From an uncultured Clostridia bacterium (GTDB lineage Bacteria; Bacillota; Clostridia; TANB77; CAG-508), in assembly GCA_946415375.1 (NCBI GenBank), contig CAMKSF010000002.1:32538-96537 (forward strand): a DNA stretch of 64,000 bases, given 5' to 3'. The notes beneath the pieces are model-generated. The model searched no databases, was not told the DNA's origin, and saw only the letters and a list, made by a program, of their open reading frames with translations. A program made the translations under genes and the position numbers. Each line of letters begins with the position of its first letter. Positions within the stretch are counted from its first letter, which is position 1. This document shows positions 58,636 to 64,000 of this stretch, in pieces.

Positions 58636-61600
58636 ATGTACTTAAAAAGACTAGAAATGCAGGGATTTAAATCATTTGCAGATAAAACAACACTAGAATT
58701 TATGCCAGGGATAACAAGTGTAATAGGACCAAATGGTTCTGGAAAAAGTAATATAGTTGATTGTATAAAATGGATTTTAGGTGAGCAAAGTATGAAGGAA
58801 CTAAGAGGTGGAAAATCTAGTGATATCATATTTGCAGGGACACAAACAAGAAAATCTTTAGGTTATGCAGAAGCATCGCTAATTTTTGATAATACAGATG
58901 GAGCTTTACCAATAGAATATACTGAAGTCACTGTAACAAGAAAGATATATAGAAGTGGTGAGACTGGATATTTCATAAATAAAGCACCTTGTAGACTAAA
59001 AGATGTAGTAGAGTTATTTATGGATACAGGAATTGGAAAAGATGGTTACTCTATAATTGGACAAGGAAAAATTGACCAGATTTTAAGCAATAAATCTGAA
59101 GATAGAAGAAATGTTTTTGAAGAAGCTGCAGGAATTGTTAAATTTAAAACAAGAAAAGAGGAATCAGAGAAAAAGCTGGAGAGAACAAAATTAAATTTGC
59201 TTAGGATAAATGATATATTAACAGAAATTGAAAGTAATCTAGGGCCTTTAAAAGAGCAGTCTGAAAGAGCAAGGAGATATTTAGATTTAAAGGAAGAACT
59301 TAAAAACATAGAAGTTGGACTATTTGTATATAATATTGAAAAAAATAAAAATGATATTGCAAAAGTCACAGAAGATTTTGAAATTATTGAATCTAACTGT
59401 AATTTAGAAGAAGGAAAACTAGAAAAAATAAAACTTTTAAAAGATGAACTTAAAGAAAATATTGATGAAATAACAAATAAAATAGAATCACTTCAAAATA
59501 TTGGATTTGAAAGTCAAAAGAAGCAAGAGCAAATAAATTCAGATATTAATATATTCAAATCAAAGATAGAAAACAATGAGCAAAATGAAAAAAGATATTT
59601 AGAAGAAATAGAAGAATTAAAGAAAAAAATCCAAAGCGCAGAAGAAGAAATGAACACAAAATTAGACAAAAAGACTAATCTAAAACAAAATAAAGAAAAA
59701 TTCGAAAAAGAACTTAAAGAAAAGCAAGCAGAGCTTGATAAGATAATGGCAACTTTTAGTGAAAAAGAACTAAAAATAGAAGAAGCAAAAAGAAAATTAG
59801 AAGCAAATATTGAGAAAAAGTATGAAATAGAAACTGAAAAAAATACTCAAAATACAAACATTTTAAACATGGAAAAAAGAAGCAAGCAAATTGAAAATGA
59901 GATATCATCAAATATATCTGAAAAAGATAGAGTAAGTTTTGATAAAGAAGATATAAAAAAAATATGTTATGAAGCACAAAAAATAAAGAATCAAGCAGAT
60001 AAAGATTTACAAGATATTGTAAATAAAAAGAATGATGCTGAAAGCAAGATTAAAACGATTGATTTAAAAATAAACAATTTAACCCAAGATTTACAATTTA
60101 AGGAATCAAGACATAAGTTCTTAGTTGAAACTGAAAAGGAAAAAGAGGGATATATTTATAGTGTAAAATCACTTTTAAAAGATTGTCAAAACATTAAAGA
60201 ACTTGGAAAAGGTATGAATGGAGCATTAGCAGAACTTATTGAAGTTCCAGACGAATATCAAACAGCCATAGAGATGACCTTAGGTGCCAGTCTTCAAAAC
60301 ATAGTTACAGAAAATGAAGAAGATGCCAAAAAGTTAATTGAGCATTTAAGAAAAAATAAATTAGGAAGAGCATCTTTTTTACCAATTTCGGCTGTAAAGG
60401 GTAAGAAGCTTGATAAAATAAAAGGACAAAATAGTGGAGTAATTGGAATTGCATCAGACTTAATTAAATACAATAAAAAATATGAACAAGTTGTTCTAAA
60501 CTTGCTTGGTAGAACAGTTATCGTAAAAGACATGGATACAGCAATTGATTTGGCTAAGAAAAATGGATATTCATTTAGAATAGTTACAATTGAGGGAGAT
60601 TTAATTAATCCATCAGGAGCTATGGCAGGAGGTTCTGTTGCAAAGAAAACAGTTAATATTTTAGGAAGAAGTAAAGAAATAGAAAAACTTGCAAAACAGA
60701 TTGAGAGAATTAAGCAAGATATAAAAGAGTTAGAACAAGAAAAACACGAAATAATTAATAATTCAAAAGATATTTTTGAAAAAGAAAAAGAGCTGCAAGA
60801 AAATGCAAAAAAGGCCGAGATAGAATACAATGTTCAAAAACAAAAGCAAGAGTCTATCGAGCAATTTATTTTGAAAATAGAAAATACAATTCAAAAGCTA
60901 AAAAGTGAAAAAGAAAATTTAGAAAAGCAAAAAGAAGAAGCGGAAAATACTATTCATCAGTGTGAAGAAAATATACAGAAAATTGTTGATACAAATACTG
61001 AGTTACAAGAAATGATAGATAAATTTGCAGAATCAAATAAAGATACACAAAAAAAGGTAGATGACTTGAATTTTGATATTACAAATTTAAAGATATCAGT
61101 TTCTTCATTTGATGAAAGTGAAAATTCTATTGAAGAGATTACCAATTTAATTAAACAGGATATTGAAAATAGTAAAAATAATATTTCTGCTAAAGAAAAG
61201 CTAATTGAAGATGCAAAAAATGAGAATATTGAATTAAATACAATGATAGAAGAAAGCTATAAGAAAATAGAAGAAGTAAAAGAAGAAGTACAAAATAGTG
61301 GAGAAAATATAGAAAAGCTAAAACAAGATAGAATAAAGACAAACGAAAGACTAACACAAAAGGAAAACGAACAGACAGATGTTTATAAAATTGTAGAGGA
61401 CTTAAAAGCTCAACAAGTAAAACTTGAAGTTAAGAAAAACAAACTAGAAGAAGACGTAAAAACACAAATAGACAGACTTTGGGAAGAATATGAACTTACT
61501 CCTAATGCAACAAGCGAATTTGCAAGGCCTGAAAATGTAAGTCAAACACAAAAAAGAGTTAACAATTTACGTAATGACATTCGAGATTTAGGAATAGTAA

Positions 61601-62181
61601 ATGTAAATTCAATTGATGAATATAATAATCTTAAATCTAGATATGATTTTATGTGTGAACAAAGACTTGATTTAGAAAGCACTATGACAAAATTAAACAA
61701 GATGATTTTAGAAATTACAGAAACAATGAAAAAACAATTTAAAGAGAAATTCGTAATTATAAACAAAAACTTTGGAGATGTATTTAGCGATTTATTTGGA
61801 GGAGGTAAGGCAGAAATTACCTTGGAAGATGAAAACAATGTTTTAGAATGTGGAATTAATATTAATGTTCAACCACCAGGAAAGAAACTTCAAAATATGC
61901 TTCTTCTATCAGGAGGAGAGAGAGCCTTTACAGCAATTGCATTATTATTTGCAATTTTAAAAATGAACCCAGCACCATTCTGTGTACTAGATGAGATTGA
62001 AGCAGCACTTGATGATGTAAATGTATATAGATATGCAGAATTTTTGAAAAAATTCACAAAAGATACTCAATTCCTTCTTATTACTCACAGAAAAGGAACA
62101 ATGGAAGCAGCAGACACTGTTTATGGCGTTACTATGGAAGAACATGGAATTTCTAAATTATTATCAATGAAATTAAAATAA
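58636..62181 (+). CDS. smc: Chromosome segregation protein SMC
   Basis: 1181 aa. GPNGSGKSN Walker A, long coiled coils with a central hinge, LSGGERAFTAIALLFA, CVLDEIEAALD. Confidence 0.95.
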   Translation: MYLKRLEMQGFKSFADKTTLEFMPGITSVIGPNGSGKSNIVDCIKWILGEQSMKELRGGKSSDIIFAGTQTRKSLGYAEASLIFDNTDGALPIEYTEVTVTRKIYRSGETGYFINKAPCRLKDVVELFMDTGIGKDGYSIIGQGKIDQILSNKSEDRRNVFEEAAGIVKFKTRKEESEKKLERTKLNLLRINDILTEIESNLGPLKEQSERARRYLDLKEELKNIEVGLFVYNIEKNKNDIAKVTEDFEIIESNCNLEEGKLEKIKLLKDELKENIDEITNKIESLQNIGFESQKKQEQINSDINIFKSKIENNEQNEKRYLEEIEELKKKIQSAEEEMNTKLDKKTNLKQNKEKFEKELKEKQAELDKIMATFSEKELKIEEAKRKLEANIEKKYEIETEKNTQNTNILNMEKRSKQIENEISSNISEKDRVSFDKEDIKKICYEAQKIKNQADKDLQDIVNKKNDAESKIKTIDLKINNLTQDLQFKESRHKFLVETEKEKEGYIYSVKSLLKDCQNIKELGKGMNGALAELIEVPDEYQTAIEMTLGASLQNIVTENEEDAKKLIEHLRKNKLGRASFLPISAVKGKKLDKIKGQNSGVIGIASDLIKYNKKYEQVVLNLLGRTVIVKDMDTAIDLAKKNGYSFRIVTIEGDLINPSGAMAGGSVAKKTVNILGRSKEIEKLAKQIERIKQDIKELEQEKHEIINNSKDIFEKEKELQENAKKAEIEYNVQKQKQESIEQFILKIENTIQKLKSEKENLEKQKEEAENTIHQCEENIQKIVDTNTELQEMIDKFAESNKDTQKKVDDLNFDITNLKISVSSFDESENSIEEITNLIKQDIENSKNNISAKEKLIEDAKNENIELNTMIEESYKKIEEVKEEVQNSGENIEKLKQDRIKTNERLTQKENEQTDVYKIVEDLKAQQVKLEVKKNKLEEDVKTQIDRLWEEYELTPNATSEFARPENVSQTQKRVNNLRNDIRDLGIVNVNSIDEYNNLKSRYDFMCEQRLDLESTMTKLNKMILEITETMKKQFKEKFVIINKNFGDVFSDLFGGGKAEITLEDENNVLECGININVQPPGKKLQNMLLLSGGERAFTAIALLFAILKMNPAPFCVLDEIEAALDDVNVYRYAEFLKKFTKDTQFLLITHRKGTMEAADTVYGVTMEEHGISKLLSMKLK

Positions 62182-62208
62182 GGTGTGTATAATTACACAT
62201 CTTTTTTT
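62182..62208 (+). terminator. Rho-independent terminator after smc
   Basis: GGTGTGTA-taat-TACACATC followed by T7. Confidence 0.6.
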
Positions 62209-62285
62209 GAATTAAAAATATAACTTTAAGTGGGATAAAATGAGCATAACAAATCATTGAATTTTAATAATTTTTTTGAAATAAT

Positions 62286-62543
62286 TTATTTATTTTTTTC
62301 GTTTCTTTCATAAGCCTCTACATCTAAGAAAAGTGGAGAATCAAAAAAATCCTTTAATTGAATTTCTAAACCTTCACAAATGTGTATAATAGAACTGATA
62401 GTTGGCTCTTTAACTTTTCCTCTTAAACAATCACTAAGTATAGATGCTGAAATTCCAGAATTATATGATAATTTATAAGCGCTTAGATTGTTTTGCTTTA
62501 GTAGTTCGTTTATTCTAAGTTTTATTGCATCAGATATTATCAT
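62286..62543 (-). CDS. XRE family HTH protein (85 aa)
   Basis: INELLKQNNLSAYKLSYNSGISASILSDCLRGK helix-turn-helix. Confidence 0.7.
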   Translation of the reverse strand: MIISDAIKLRINELLKQNNLSAYKLSYNSGISASILSDCLRGKVKEPTISSIIHICEGLEIQLKDFFDSPLFLDVEAYERNEKNK

Positions 62544-62809
62544 TTAAAACACATCCTTTTAGTATTTTATACATATTTAATTATTTGCAATAATATCAAA
62601 ACTATACGATTATTTAGTTGGAACATTCCATATATATAGGCATATTGGTTTGTATAAATAAGGAAGAAATATTGAGTGTTAAGATAAAAAAGATTGTGAT
62701 TGTGATTTTTTTAATGAGGAAGGTAAAAATACGATAAAACGACAGAGAATGATTTGAAATATGCTGAAAAAGTATTGTAATATACATAATATTATGATAC
62801 AATAATTAG

Positions 62810-62825
62810 CAATACATATGTATTG
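62810..62825. promoter_or_regulatory. 16-nt perfect palindrome in divergent intergenic region
   Basis: CAATACATATGTATTG lies between XRE gene 62286-62543 (-) and ORF 62931 (+). Confidence 0.4.
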
Positions 62826-62930
62826 TTGTATATAGAAATGAAATTGTTATTTCAATCAACAAAATGTAAATGCACATTGAAACATTATATTAAGTGTACT
62901 TGATAGTTCAAATCAAAAAGGAGGTAAAAA

Positions 62931-63224
62931 ATGCGAATTGACGGAGAAAGCACTACAAGAAAAGAACTACTTACAACAAGAGAAGAACAACATGCGCTCG
63001 AAGAATGTGCCAATATAACTGAAAGACTACTTAAGAATAAAAGCGTTTTTATCTTATTAGAAGATGGAGAAATATTAAAGATTTGGTGGATAAGAATAAA
63101 ACACACTGATGGAAGGTTTTTGGCATATTTCGAAAGAGATGGATCGGTACATACCAGAGAATGCAAATACAGCGATTTAGGAATTAAGTGGGGGTTTACG
63201 GAAGATGCATTAAAAAATAAGTAG
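62931..63224 (+). CDS. Hypothetical protein (97 aa)
   Basis: AAAGGAGG RBS 7 nt upstream. No recognised domain; somewhat GC-richer than its surroundings. Confidence 0.45.
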   Translation: MRIDGESTTRKELLTTREEQHALEECANITERLLKNKSVFILLEDGEILKIWWIRIKHTDGRFLAYFERDGSVHTRECKYSDLGIKWGFTEDALKNK

Positions 63225-63252
63225 TATAATGTTTGGGTTTAAGTGTGCATAT

Positions 63253-63291
63253 AAATCCCTTTTGTAGTCAAAACTATGAAAGGGATTTTTT
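63253..63291 (+). terminator. Rho-independent terminator
   Basis: AAATCCCTTT-loop-AAAGGGATTT followed by T-rich sequence. Confidence 0.6.
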
Positions 63292-63319
63292 ATTTGAATG
63301 AAGAGTAAATTTGAAAAAT

Positions 63320-63348
63320 TTGACTTTGTTGTGTATAAGTGGTATAAT
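63320..63348 (+). promoter_or_regulatory. Sigma-A promoter for rnj (about 150-nt leader)
   Basis: TTGACT-17 nt-TATAAT. Confidence 0.5.
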
Positions 63349-63507
63349 AAATAGGAGTTTTTAATGAGATTATATGTGTAAAAAATTTGACTTCGTGTCA
63401 TTCGTGTAGATTGTCTTACAATTACACAAAGATAGGAGGCATTGTCTTTTGTTATGCAAAAAATGATGTTTTTCCTATTTAATTAAATAAGGAGAGGAAT
63501 GTAGATA

Positions 63508-64000
63508 ATGGAAGAAAAAAATGAAAAGCAACAAAGGACTACTAGAACTAGGAGAACTACTAGAGCTAAAAGACCTATATCAAGAAATAATGTAGGTTTA
63601 AATAAGAATGATAGTAATACTAGAAATGTAGAAAAAAAAGTTGTAGAAGAAAGAAAAGAAAAAACAAATAAAATAGTACAAAGAAAAGCAAGAAGAGTAA
63701 ATAAAAAGAATAATTTAGGTACAAGTAAAGAAGAACAATTTGGATTTAAAAGACCTAAACTTAGAATAATCCCATTAGGTGGATTACATGAAATAGGAAA
63801 GAATATAACAGTTTTTGAATATGGAGATGAGATGATAGCAGTTGACTGTGGGTTATCTTTTCCAGAAGATGATATGTTAGGAGTAGATTTAGTAATTCCT
63901 GATATAACATATATTTTAAATAATAAAGAAAAACTTAAGGGATTAGTAATAACACACGGACATGAAGATCACATAGGAGGAATTCCATATTTCTTAAAAC
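63508..64000 (+). CDS. rnj: Ribonuclease J, N-terminal part (runs off the right edge) with Lys/Arg-rich N-terminal extension
   Basis: Absent from the ORF track because there is no stop in the window. ATG 63508 follows AAGGAGAGG. LRIIPLGGLHEIGKN...VDCG...ITHGHEDHIGG metallo-beta-lactamase motifs. Confidence 0.85.
   Translation, partial: MEEKNEKQQRTTRTRRTTRAKRPISRNNVGLNKNDSNTRNVEKKVVEERKEKTNKIVQRKARRVNKKNNLGTSKEEQFGFKRPKLRIIPLGGLHEIGKNITVFEYGDEMIAVDCGLSFPEDDMLGVDLVIPDITYILNNKEKLKGLVITHGHEDHIGGIPYFLK

Overview
Low-GC (about 27-30% by eye) Firmicutes/Clostridia-type chromosomal segment, probably from a spore-former because spoIIID is present. The backbone is dense housekeeping, mostly on the + strand: rlmB, dut, adhE, mfd, spoIIID, efp, trxB-trxA, a cadC/P-type ATPase pair, prs, asnB, ldh, cmk, plsC, uvrA, recD2, comFC, ogg, smc and rnj (partial). 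I found no rRNA, CRISPR array or IS transposase. Small accessory patches interrupt the backbone. (1) The window opens inside a mobilisable element. A Mob/Pre-like relaxase ORF runs off the left edge and is absent from the ORF track; it is followed by oriT-like hairpins and a ~640-aa serine recombinase next to a tRNA-Gly. (2) Downstream of mfd lie a compositionally foreign gene and a PP2C phosphatase with an unknown N-terminal domain. A membrane-protein gene there is bracketed by a duplicated spoIIID promoter/5' end. (3) Three strongly promoted tRNA-shaped genes at 25.7-26.1 kb do not give canonical anticodon arms in my hand folds. (4) A Phd/RelE pair. (5) Two proteins share a pilin-like leader module but carry different cargo domains. 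(6) A mosaic island at 47.46-49.9 kb has an abrupt GC jump inside a gene 3' end, a 15-bp perfect hairpin and a decayed YafQ toxin. It also has a ~450-nt structured leader with twin 19-nt palindromes, then a two-gene module (unknown protein plus ORF6N protein). (7) A KAP-family P-loop NTPase with a convergent XRE regulator sits after comFC. (8) A candidate antisense-strand sRNA lies upstream of cmk, and a 42-codon ORF lies between two terminators. (9) An XRE/palindrome/small-ORF patch lies between smc and rnj. No single locus is demonstrably a new system from sequence alone. My best candidates are the KAP+XRE insertion, the 48.0-49.9 kb leader plus two-gene module, and the non-canonical tRNA-like trio. 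All coordinates, folds and GC counts are manual and need computational confirmation.
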